DNA from: Candidatus Moraniibacteriota bacterium
Lineage (GTDB): Bacteria; Patescibacteriota; Minisyncoccia; Moranbacterales; UBA2206
DNA length: 64,000 nt
Assembly: GCA_049303905.1 (NCBI GenBank)
Contig: JBAQNP010000020.1
Coordinates: 5,584-69,583 of the forward strand
Reading direction: 5' to 3'
The notes below the pieces were generated by a model that was given only the letters and a program-made list of their open reading frames with translations, made no database searches and had not been told where the DNA came from. The position numbers were made by a program, and so were the translations under genes. Shown piece by piece: positions 17,983-26,371 of the stretch. Positions within the stretch are counted from its first letter, which is position 1, and every line of letters begins with the position of its first letter.

Positions 17983-19140
17983 ATGATAAGACATCACATC
18001 GGTGTGCATCATATTAACACGCCACAAAAATTCATTCTAATTTTAGCAGTTATAACGCTGGGAGTTTTTGGTATTGTTTTTAGCATAAGAGCTTACCCGG
18101 AAGTTTTTAAAACTAGTGTGACCTTGGGAAATTCCAAAGAGATTCGTCCTGAGGAATCGATCGTGATTAATTTTTCTTTTCCAGTATTTACCGAAGATTA
18201 TAGTTCGAAAATTAGGATTAGTCCGAGTGTGGGGTATAAGGTCCAGTGGAAAGATTCCAATAAAAAATTGGAAATAATCCCACAAAAATTTTGGCAACCA
18301 GGGACACAATACGAAATAATTTTGCCAATAGGAGAGAATATAATGTTTTCTGATGTGGAAAAACAAACACTAAGTTTTTCCACCGAAAAATATCCGCAAG
18401 TTAGAAAAATAATTCCGGAAAATGGAACACAAAATGTGGCCATTGATATTGAGGATCCGATAATAGTAAATTTTTCCAAATCCACCGCAGATTTTTCTTT
18501 GAAATTTATGCTAAATCATGCGGGTGAAACTTTTTTTGAAACCAATTTCAATCGAGACGAATTTAAATTAATGCCCAAAGATGGCATGAAATACGGTGAA
18601 GAATATATTTTGGAAATTTATGCTAAATATAAAAATGCTAAAGATGAGGAGTATAAGAAAATTTTTGCAAGTTCTTTCGAGACAATTATGCCACCAAAAA
18701 TTGTTTGGGATAAGGATAAAAATATCAGATTAGAACAAGCTAAAAGATATACGACGGCTAAAATAAAAACCGGAAAATATATCGATATAAATTTGTCCGC
18801 TCAAGTTATGAGTATTTTTCAAGATGGAAAAATTCTAGATTCCTTTATGGTTTCCAGTGGGAAAAAAGGAATGGATACGCCCAAAATGGAAACAAAAATT
18901 TATAACAAATTTCCTCGACCATTTTCCAAAGCCTATGGACTGTTTATGCCCAATTGGATGGCATTGGTATCGGATGGAAAATACGGCATTCACGAGCTTC
19001 CTGAGTGGCCGGGAGGTTACAAGGAAGGGGCGAATCATCTTGGAATTCCGGTTTCTCACGGTTGCGTGAGACTTGGCGTGGGTTCAGCTAAGCGAGTTTA
19101 TGATTTTGCCGAAGTTGGTACGCCGGTGGTGATATATTAA
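17983..19140 (+). CDS. L,D-transpeptidase (YkuD catalytic domain) with N-terminal TM and Ig-like domains
   Basis: C-terminal GIHELPEWPGGYKEGANHLGIPVSHGCVRLGV contains the HGC(V)R catalytic motif. Confidence 0.8.
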   Translation: MIRHHIGVHHINTPQKFILILAVITLGVFGIVFSIRAYPEVFKTSVTLGNSKEIRPEESIVINFSFPVFTEDYSSKIRISPSVGYKVQWKDSNKKLEIIPQKFWQPGTQYEIILPIGENIMFSDVEKQTLSFSTEKYPQVRKIIPENGTQNVAIDIEDPIIVNFSKSTADFSLKFMLNHAGETFFETNFNRDEFKLMPKDGMKYGEEYILEIYAKYKNAKDEEYKKIFASSFETIMPPKIVWDKDKNIRLEQAKRYTTAKIKTGKYIDINLSAQVMSIFQDGKILDSFMVSSGKKGMDTPKMETKIYNKFPRPFSKAYGLFMPNWMALVSDGKYGIHELPEWPGGYKEGANHLGIPVSHGCVRLGVGSAKRVYDFAEVGTPVVIY

Positions 19141-19283
19141 GATTTAAGAAATCAGTAAAAAGGAAAAAAGAGATTGGTTTAAGAAAGTGGAAAATAGAAA
19201 AAGGTTATTAATATTAAACTCTACTTTCTGATTTCAAATTTCCTGAACTATTTTCTAATTTCCAATAATTATTCTCCAAAAAC

Positions 19284-20522
19284 TTGCGGTTTATAAATCA
19301 TATTCTTCATCTTTTTTCTATTATGTTTAAAAAATTTATAAAATATTATCTGCCAGCAATAATTTGGGCTGGCATTATTTTCTATCTTTCTTCTATCCCT
19401 GGGCTCAGGTATTCCAAAAGTGCAACCGAAGAGATAATTTTGCGCAAAGGCGCGCATTTTATGGAATTCTCTATTCTGGTTATTCTTTTGTGGAGAATCG
19501 TCTATTTGGCGCATAATATAAAAATAAAAAAAGCGTATTGGCTAGCATTACTTTTGGCGATAGTCTATAGCATTAGCGACGAATTCCATCAATCTTTAGT
19601 TTTAGGAAGAGCAGGGAAGATAATCGATGTTATTTTTGATAGTTTTAGTGTAATTTTTAGTGCAGAGATAATTTTAATTTCAAATCTGAAAAAGATAAAA
19701 ATAAAAAATATTTTAATTTTATTTTTATCTGCGCTGGCTTTGATTGGCCTTGGAACAAAAATGATTCATGATGGAAAAAGTGAAGATAAAAAATCGGTGA
19801 GTGTTATCTTGGAAAATGAGGCAAAAAAGGTGAAAGAAGATTTGGAAAATAGAATCGGTACCTCGAAAAAAGAAATTATTTTAAATAATGATAAAACAGA
19901 AGATGAGGCAGTAGTGAAGTCGGAAGAAATAGTGGAGGAAATTCCTGAAAAAATTCTCATGGAAGTTCCATTTACAACTCAAGCGCCTTTTGCTAAGTGG
20001 GACGAAATTCATGAGGAGGCTTGCGAGGAAGCCTCAATAATCATGCTTCGATATTATTTTTCCAAAGAAAAGTTGACGCCGGAAATTGCTGAAGCTGAAA
20101 TTCAAGCTTTGGTGAAATTTCAAAATAAAAATTCTGGGGATTATAAGGATACGACGGCAGAACAAACCGCGGATTTATTTTTAGATTTTTATGGGGAGCT
20201 TCCTGAGGGAAAAAAACTCAAGGTGGTTTATGATTTTGATAAAGCAGACTTAAGAAAATATTTAGCAAAAGGCAGTCCTATTATTATTCCAGCTGCTGGC
20301 AGAGAATTAGACAATCCAAATTTCACCGCTCCGGGGCCACTCTATCACAATTTAGTTTTAACTGGTTATGACGGCGACACAATTATCACTAACGATCCTG
20401 GAACGCGAAAAGGGGAAGGATATAGATATAATATTGACGTTTTGTATAGCGCCATTCATGATTTCCCTGGGACACTAGAAAAAATAAAACAAGGCAGAAG
20501 ATCGATGATTGTGGTGGAGTAA
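19284..20522 (+). CDS. VanZ-like membrane domain fused to a C39-like (papain-fold) peptidase domain
   Basis: N-terminal VanZ signatures (KGAHFMEFSIL, SDEFHQSLVLGR). C-terminal PFTTQAPFAKW...EACEEASIIMLRYYF and HNLVLTGYDGD resemble Peptidase_C39_2 Cys/His regions. Confidence 0.65.
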   Translation: MRFINHILHLFSIMFKKFIKYYLPAIIWAGIIFYLSSIPGLRYSKSATEEIILRKGAHFMEFSILVILLWRIVYLAHNIKIKKAYWLALLLAIVYSISDEFHQSLVLGRAGKIIDVIFDSFSVIFSAEIILISNLKKIKIKNILILFLSALALIGLGTKMIHDGKSEDKKSVSVILENEAKKVKEDLENRIGTSKKEIILNNDKTEDEAVVKSEEIVEEIPEKILMEVPFTTQAPFAKWDEIHEEACEEASIIMLRYYFSKEKLTPEIAEAEIQALVKFQNKNSGDYKDTTAEQTADLFLDFYGELPEGKKLKVVYDFDKADLRKYLAKGSPIIIPAAGRELDNPNFTAPGPLYHNLVLTGYDGDTIITNDPGTRKGEGYRYNIDVLYSAIHDFPGTLEKIKQGRRSMIVVE

Positions 20523-20578
20523 AATTTGTTATAAGGCATAAAACGTGATATTATAAAAATGTTAAAAAGTATAAAATT

Positions 20579-20983
20579 ATGCGTATAACGAAAGAACAAA
20601 AAGCGAATACGGCTAAAATTGCCAAAAAGCATAAACTAAAATTGGTCGTCATTTTTGGTTCTTTTGCCAGTGGAAAAAACAGAAAAGACAGTGATTTGGA
20701 TATGGGCGTGATTGGGGAAAAAGAAATTTCTTTTGAAAAGCAAATTGTCTTGACAAATGAATTATCTCAAATTTTCAAAAAGGATATCGATCTTTCAGTT
20801 TTAAATAGAGCTAATCCGCTATTACTTTTTGAGGCCAGTAGAAATGCTGTTTTAGTCTATGGCGAGAATAGTGAATTGGCCAAATTCAAGTTGTATGCTT
20901 TTCGAGTATACAATGACTATGCACCATATTTCAAAATTGAAAATGAATTGAATAAAAGATTAATAAAATCTTATGCCAGTTGA
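20579..20983 (+). CDS. Nucleotidyltransferase (MNT) antitoxin component of a HepT/MNT toxin-antitoxin pair
   Basis: 134 aa. GSFASGKNRKDSDLDMGV is the minimal nucleotidyltransferase GS...D.D motif. Confidence 0.8.
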   Translation: MRITKEQKANTAKIAKKHKLKLVVIFGSFASGKNRKDSDLDMGVIGEKEISFEKQIVLTNELSQIFKKDIDLSVLNRANPLLLFEASRNAVLVYGENSELAKFKLYAFRVYNDYAPYFKIENELNKRLIKSYAS

Positions 20984-21395
20984 TAAAAATATTATCATTA
21001 GAAAAATAACTTTGATAAACAAGGATTTAAAAAGTTTGGAAAAACTTAGTAAGCTTTCATTGAAAACTTATCTGAGCAAATCGGAATACGAAGCAATGGC
21101 GGAAAGATATCTGGAGAGAATAATTGGTCGGATGATTGATATTAATTATCATATTTTGTCAGAAAAAGAGAATAAAACTGCGGTAGATTTCTATAATTCC
21201 TTTATTGAAATGGGTAAGAAAAAATATTTGCCATCAAAGCTAGCACTTGTTATGGCTAATTCAGCAGGACTTAGGAATAGGTTAGCTCATGAATATGATG
21301 AAATTGATGAGAAAAAAGTTTTTGAAGCGATAGCTTCATGCTTGCGAGATGTTCCGAAATATTTAAAAAGTATTATGAAAGTTTTGAATTTGTAA
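20973..21395 (+). CDS. HepT-like (DUF86) toxin component
   Basis: 140 aa. The RNRLAHEYDEID sequence carries the R(x)4HxY motif. Overlaps the MNT gene by 11 nt, the usual toxin-antitoxin operon arrangement. Confidence 0.8.
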   Translation: MPVDKNIIIRKITLINKDLKSLEKLSKLSLKTYLSKSEYEAMAERYLERIIGRMIDINYHILSEKENKTAVDFYNSFIEMGKKKYLPSKLALVMANSAGLRNRLAHEYDEIDEKKVFEAIASCLRDVPKYLKSIMKVLNL

Positions 21396-21432
21396 GGAGA
21401 TAAAAAAATAAAAATAGATTGGAGGTGTTAAT

Positions 21433-21606
21433 ATGATGAAAAATTATAGTGATATTTTGGTGGGGCTTTCAGTTTTAGCAGTATTGATTTCTGGTTATGA
21501 TTCTCTTTACCAAACAAATGTTTTGAATTTGGCGGGAACACAATGGATGTTGATTGCTTTGGTTTTGGGCGTGTATGGAATTTACGCTAAAATGCGAATG
21601 AACTAA
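21433..21606 (+). CDS. Small hydrophobic protein (57 aa), not in the ORF track
   Basis: ATG 11 nt downstream of ggaggtg. MMKNYSDILVGLSVLAVLISGYDSLYQTNVLNLAGTQWMLIALVLGVYGIYAKMRMN has two predicted TM segments. Confidence 0.45.
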   Translation: MMKNYSDILVGLSVLAVLISGYDSLYQTNVLNLAGTQWMLIALVLGVYGIYAKMRMN

Positions 21607-21659
21607 CGCGATGCGAATTTTGCGAACTGACATGCGAATCTACGAATAAAATAAATACA

Positions 21660-22370
21660 ATGCATATGAAAAATAAGATTGCTGTTTTTGATATTGACGG
21701 AACAATCTTTAGAAAAAACTTAGCTTTTGAACTGATCAATGAATTAGCTTGGATGAAAGTTTTTAGGCGTGAAGTGCGCAATGAGTTGGTGCAACTTTAT
21801 ACAAAATGGCTAGATCATCATGGCACATATGAAGAATATAGAAAGGCTTTGGTCAAGCTTTATGTAGAAAACATTAAAGGTTGTACGCGAGAGCAGATAA
21901 TAGAAGCTAGCAAAATTGTGGTGCCTTTTTTCAAGGATCGTACCTATATTTTTGCCAATAATTTAATAACAGAACTAAAAAAGAAAGGTTATCATCTCAT
22001 TGCCGTTTCTGGTTCGCCAATTGAAATTGTGGAAGAATATAACAAACACTTGAAGTTTGACGCAGTTTTCGGCACGGTTTATGAGCTTGATGACAAGGGT
22101 CTCTATACAGGCAAAGAAGCTTTTGCGCCAACAGCGCATAAGGGTCATGTTGTTCGTCAATATGCAACTGAAAATAAACTTACCCTAGAAGATTCCTATG
22201 GCGTGGGCGATACAGAATCAGATGCGAAATTTTTGGAAATAGTGGATAACCCCATTGCATTTAATCCTAATTTGAATTTGAAAAATATCGCAGAGGAACA
22301 TGGTTGGCGAATCGTGGTTGAGAAAAAAGATGTGATTTATGATATTACCAGTTGCGCAAAAATAATTTAA
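21660..22370 (+). CDS. HAD-IB family hydrolase (SerB-like fold)
   Basis: 236 aa with AVFDIDGTI motif I, the GDTESD motif and a capping domain. Confidence 0.8.
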   Translation: MHMKNKIAVFDIDGTIFRKNLAFELINELAWMKVFRREVRNELVQLYTKWLDHHGTYEEYRKALVKLYVENIKGCTREQIIEASKIVVPFFKDRTYIFANNLITELKKKGYHLIAVSGSPIEIVEEYNKHLKFDAVFGTVYELDDKGLYTGKEAFAPTAHKGHVVRQYATENKLTLEDSYGVGDTESDAKFLEIVDNPIAFNPNLNLKNIAEEHGWRIVVEKKDVIYDITSCAKII

Positions 22371-22388
22371 TATCTTAATATAAAAAAT

Positions 22389-22580
22389 ATGGAAGCGTAT
22401 ATAATTATTGGAGCGATTGCATTTATCTTTTTCTTTGTCATTTATTTGCTTTTGGATTTTGCAATGATAAAAGGAGGCGCTAATGCTTTTTGGGATAAGT
22501 GGGTAAGAAAAACTCTTTGGATCTGGTTGCCATTTTATGCGCTTCAAAGACTGATTAAAGAGGTGATACTAAAGAAGTAG
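22389..22580 (+). CDS. Small membrane protein (63 aa)
   Basis: A single long hydrophobic helix. No family recognised. Confidence 0.4.
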   Translation: MEAYIIIGAIAFIFFFVIYLLLDFAMIKGGANAFWDKWVRKTLWIWLPFYALQRLIKEVILKK

Positions 22581-22639
22581 AAAGCTTGCCTGCCGATGAG
22601 GCATGGTAGAAATTAGAAAGCGATAAATAGTAAGCGAAT

Positions 22640-22670
22640 ATAAAAAAATCCTCTTACGAGGATTTTTTGC
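22640..22670. terminator. Bidirectional rho-independent terminator between convergent genes
   Basis: aaaaaaatcctcttacgaggattttttg: hairpin aatcctc/gaggatt with an A-run and a T-run on either side. Confidence 0.75.
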
Positions 22671-22702
22671 TTTCTACTTACTACATAATACTTTCTACTT
22701 TT

Positions 22703-23047
22703 TTATTTAGCGCTTTCGACGAATTTCTTGAATACTTCAGGATTTTCCATAGCCATTTGTGAGAGAACCTTTCGGTCCACTTCAATTTTTTTGTCAGTTA
22801 GAATTTTGATAAACGAGCTGTATTTTTGGCCAACTTCACGAAGAGCGATGTTGAGGCGGGTGATCCAAAGCGCTCGCATAGTTCTTTTTTTCACTCGACG
22901 GTCGCGATAAGCATAAGCGCCAGCCTTAATCACAGCTTGTTTAGCTGCAGCGTAGTGAGATTTTCTTTTCCAGCGATAACCCTTGGCGTCTTCTAATAGA
23001 TTCTTTCTCCTTTTTGAGGCGGAAACTCCGCGTTTTACTCGTGTCAT
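22703..23047 (-). CDS. rplT: 50S ribosomal protein L20
   Basis: 114 aa, MTRVKRGVSASKRRKNLL... Confidence 0.95.
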   Translation of the reverse strand: MTRVKRGVSASKRRKNLLEDAKGYRWKRKSHYAAAKQAVIKAGAYAYRDRRVKKRTMRALWITRLNIALREVGQKYSSFIKILTDKKIEVDRKVLSQMAMENPEVFKKFVESAK

Positions 23048-23058
23048 TTTTTTTGTGA

Positions 23059-23259
23059 TTAGTGATTATAAGGTAAACCTTTCAAAATATTATGTTCATC
23101 AGCTTTAAACAATCTTGTGTCACCCTTTTTCGCTCGACCAACTTTGCCATTTTCTTTGGAATTATAATGGTTTTGTCCAGTTTTTCGACGAGTGACTTTC
23201 TTGTTCTTGGTAATTTTGATTTTCTTAATCAAAGCTTTCTTGGTTTTTAGTTTAGGCAT
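23059..23259 (-). CDS. rpmI: 50S ribosomal protein L35
   Basis: 66 aa, MPKLKTKKALIKKIKITKNKKVTRRK... Confidence 0.9.
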   Translation of the reverse strand: MPKLKTKKALIKKIKITKNKKVTRRKTGQNHYNSKENGKVGRAKKGDTRLFKADEHNILKGLPYNH

Positions 23260-23260
23260 A

Positions 23261-23818
23261 TTATTGTGATGTTATTATTATATTAAATCCTCCAGGAAAT
23301 CTTTTTATTTCTTGTTCTATTTTATTAGGTACGGAAATGCTTTTTACAAATTCAATCAGATTTTGTCTAGCTAGATCACCATGGGCTTTTTCCCGACCCT
23401 TTAGAATTATTTCAATTTTTACTTTATTGCCTTTGGTGAGAAATTTTTCCGTTTGATCTTTCTTGAAATTCAAATCATGTTCATCAGTTCTAACGCTCAA
23501 GCGAATGCCTTTAGTTTCAAATTTTTTCTGTTTGGATTTATTCTGTCTTTCTTCTTTGGATTTTTGGTATTGAAATTTTCCAAAATCCATAATCTTGCAA
23601 ACAGGTGGTACGGCCTTGGGGGATATTTCAACCAAATCAAGCATTTTTTCTTTTGAAAGAATCAAAGCTTCCGGCACAGTCATTACTCCAAGCAACCCTC
23701 CATCCTCGTCAATGACGCGAATTTCTTTAGCCCAGATACCTTCATTTATTCTTGTTTTTGATGCCTTTTGTACAAAAGGCTTGCGATATATTCTTCTAAT
23801 GGTTTTTTTGTTAATAAT
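23261..23818 (-). CDS. infC: Translation initiation factor IF-3, probably with a non-AUG (AUU/AUA) start
   Basis: The ORF-track fragment starts at TTG 23695. The frame stays open upstream to a TAA at 23825-23827 and encodes ...TRINEGIWAKEIRVIDEDGG, homologous to the IF-3 N-domain (RINGEIRAQEVRL in E. coli). The only in-frame candidates are ATT/ATA codons at 23813-23824, consistent with the known infC AUU autoregulatory start. Confidence 0.8.
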   Translation of the reverse strand: MINKKTIRRIYRKPFVQKASKTRINEGIWAKEIRVIDEDGGLLGVMTVPEALILSKEKMLDLVEISPKAVPPVCKIMDFGKFQYQKSKEERQNKSKQKKFETKGIRLSVRTDEHDLNFKKDQTEKFLTKGNKVKIEIILKGREKAHGDLARQNLIEFVKSISVPNKIEQEIKRFPGGFNIIITSQ

Positions 23819-23906
23819 TATTATTTACGAAAATACGAATTTAGCGAAAGTACGAATAAAATTCAAAAAGGATTAGTAATTTCGTTCGATTCGTATTTTC
23901 GTAAAT

Positions 23907-24295
23907 TTGTGGAGATGATGGGAATTGAACCCATGTCCAAAGCTATTCATCTAAAATCCTCTACAAGCTTAGTTAGTTTGTTTAGGTTGGAAGTTATGAA
24001 CTAACAAAATATTCCAACCTTTTTTCTAGTTTAATTTTACTAAATTTGCCTAGAAAATGCAATTTTAGCTATCCTAATGTATAACACCGAGCTCTATCTA
24101 TTAGGAGTGGATAGTTCGATGGCCTCGGCAATTAAGCCAAAGCGTAGGCAAAGTTAGCTGAGAAAGCTTGCGCAATCGCAGTTTTTGCTTTTGAAAATAA
24201 GTTTGCACTTATTGATTTGGTAAAATTTTAACGAGTGATTACCATTCTCGGCTTGCATATTTTAAACGTACAACTTGTCGAAACCAAACATCCCC
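23907..24295 (-). ncRNA. ssrA: tmRNA (SsrA), one-piece
   Basis: The 5' end GGGGATGTTTGGTTTCGACAAG (reverse complement of 24274-24295) matches the tmRNA 5' consensus. The 3' end has T-arm atggg-ttcaatt-cccat and acceptor strand catctcc pairing with ggggatg, including a G3:U wobble. An internal frame reads GCA AAA ACT GCG ATT GCG CAA GCT TTC TCA GCT AAC TTT GCC TAC GCT TTG GCT TAA (tag ending ...ANFAYALA). Sits directly downstream of smpB. Confidence 0.8.
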
Positions 24296-24297
24296 AT

Positions 24298-24744
24298 TTA
24301 TAAATTTTTGAGGATTCGTCTCATTCCTCTCTCGTCTTCTCTTTTCTTGATTTTATCTCGTTTGTCGTATTCCTTTTTGCCTTTTCCGAGACCAAATTCC
24401 AGCTTGATGAGACGTCTTTTAGTATATAATTTAATTGGCACTAATGTCAAGCCTTGGGTGCGAGCTTTGCCAATTAAATGCTTTATTTCTGATTTCTTGA
24501 GCAGAAGCTTTCTTGGGCGAGTCGGATTATGATTGTCGAGCTTGCCAGCGTGAATATAGGGCGGAACATGGGCATTAGTTAAATACAATTCATTGCCATG
24601 GATTGTCACAAAAGACTCTTTGAGGCTCACATGCTTGGTTTTTATCGATTTTACCTCATGACCAAAAAGCTCAATCCCGGCTTCATAGTTTTCCAGAATC
24701 GCATAATCGAAATTCGCGCGCTTGTTTATAGCTAAAATACTCAT
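24298..24744 (-). CDS. smpB: SsrA-binding protein SmpB
   Basis: 148 aa, ...NKRANFDYAILENYEAGIEL.G.EVKS... is typical of SmpB. Confidence 0.9.
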   Translation of the reverse strand: MSILAINKRANFDYAILENYEAGIELFGHEVKSIKTKHVSLKESFVTIHGNELYLTNAHVPPYIHAGKLDNHNPTRPRKLLLKKSEIKHLIGKARTQGLTLVPIKLYTKRRLIKLEFGLGKGKKEYDKRDKIKKREDERGMRRILKNL

Positions 24745-24811
24745 GTGTATAGTCTAGCATTTCCTGTTTATTTTTGCTAGAATTAATGTACTAAGTCTTA
24801 AGTTAATATTT

Positions 24812-25423
24812 ATGGAACAAACAGGACAACAAATTTTTCAATTTCTTTCACATTATGGTTATGCTATAATGTTGCCTTTGATGATTATTGAAGGACCGGT
24901 AGTGACAATTATCTCGGCTATGTTGGCGAGCCTCGGAGCGTTCAATGTTTTTGTGGTTTTGATTTTGTCGATAATTGGCGATATGGGTGGGGATATAATT
25001 TTTTATGGGTTAGGTTATAAATATGGAATGGGGTTTGTGCGACGAGTGGGAAAATATATGGGCATCACAGAAAGTTTGGTTCTTCGGATGGAGAAATATT
25101 TTTTGAGTCATGGAGGAAAAACAATTTTTGCCGTCAAATCTACTACGGGACTTTGCTGGGCAACATTTACGGCAGCGGGAATTGTGAAAATGGATTTCAA
25201 GAAATTTGTGAAATATTCTTTTCTTGGCGGAATAATTTGGAGCGGATTTTTGGTGGCGATGGGATATTTTTATGGTTATCTTTGGCGGGAAATTCAAGTC
25301 TATATCAAATGGATCGGCTGGATTATTTTTACTCTAGCTATTGGTTCTTTTATTTTTATGAATATTTATAAGGGCTATCAAGCAAAAAAACTTTTAGAAA
25401 AAAACGGTAATAATGGAAAATAA
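24812..25423 (+). CDS. DedA/TVP38 (SNARE-associated) family membrane protein
   Basis: 203 aa, multiple TM helices, GYAIMLPLMIIEG..V and the GYKYG region. Confidence 0.7.
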   Translation: MEQTGQQIFQFLSHYGYAIMLPLMIIEGPVVTIISAMLASLGAFNVFVVLILSIIGDMGGDIIFYGLGYKYGMGFVRRVGKYMGITESLVLRMEKYFLSHGGKTIFAVKSTTGLCWATFTAAGIVKMDFKKFVKYSFLGGIIWSGFLVAMGYFYGYLWREIQVYIKWIGWIIFTLAIGSFIFMNIYKGYQAKKLLEKNGNNGK

Positions 25424-25495
25424 AAATAATATATTAAGGACCTTGTGTTTATAAATGGATTGATTTTGTGTGAAATATGTAGTAAGATATGATAT

Positions 25496-26317
25496 ATGGT
25501 AAATAAGATATATCATAAGGTTAAAAGCGTTCTATTTTCAGACCCTAAAGAATTATACAAAGAAGAGCATGGTTTATTAAAAGAACCTTTTTATTTTCCT
25601 GGCACTAATGGCAAGGCGGTTTTGCTTATCCATGGCTGGACATCTGTGCCATATGAGCTTCGACGACTTGGAAAATATCTCAACGAAAATGGCTATACTG
25701 TTTTTGGGCCGATGCTTCGTGGACACGGGACAACTTCAAAAGATTTGGAAAATGTTTACTGGGAAGATTGGATGTGCGATGCCAATAAGGCCTATGAAGA
25801 GTTGGCTAAAAATCACAAAGATATTTATGTGTCAGGAACTTCCATCGGAGCTAATCTCACAGTGATGTTGGCAAAAAATAAGCCAAAAATTTCAGGGATT
25901 ATCCTTATGGCGATGCCGTATAAAGTTAGGCTTGAGAAATTGGGAGAAATTATTTTGAAATTTTTTAATATTTTTATAAAATATGGACGGAAATTTTATC
26001 CACCTTTCTTTGGAAGTCCGCGTCTAATTACTAGAAGAATTTCCTATCGAACATATCCGATTAAGAGCGTCTTGGAAGTCGCTAAGCTTATAAAAATTTC
26101 TCGGCAGGAAATTCCCAAAATTACACAGCCTTGTTTCGTGATGCAATCAAGCAGTGATAGTGTTGTTTCGGGAAATAGTTTAGAAAAAATTTATGAAAAA
26201 ATAAGTTCTAAAGTCAAAGAAAAAAAATATATTCACAAAGCTTACCATACTTTTATTTCTGACATTAGAAACGAGCATATTTTTCAAGATATCCTTGATT
26301 TTATAAACAATAACTAG
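25496..26317 (+). CDS. Alpha/beta hydrolase (esterase/lysophospholipase-like)
   Basis: VLLIHGW...GHG and the nucleophile elbow GTSIGA. Confidence 0.7.
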   Translation: MVNKIYHKVKSVLFSDPKELYKEEHGLLKEPFYFPGTNGKAVLLIHGWTSVPYELRRLGKYLNENGYTVFGPMLRGHGTTSKDLENVYWEDWMCDANKAYEELAKNHKDIYVSGTSIGANLTVMLAKNKPKISGIILMAMPYKVRLEKLGEIILKFFNIFIKYGRKFYPPFFGSPRLITRRISYRTYPIKSVLEVAKLIKISRQEIPKITQPCFVMQSSSDSVVSGNSLEKIYEKISSKVKEKKYIHKAYHTFISDIRNEHIFQDILDFINNN

Positions 26318-26371
26318 CGATGCCAATCTACGAATGCATGCGAATGCCACGAATAATTTCGCATCATTCGC

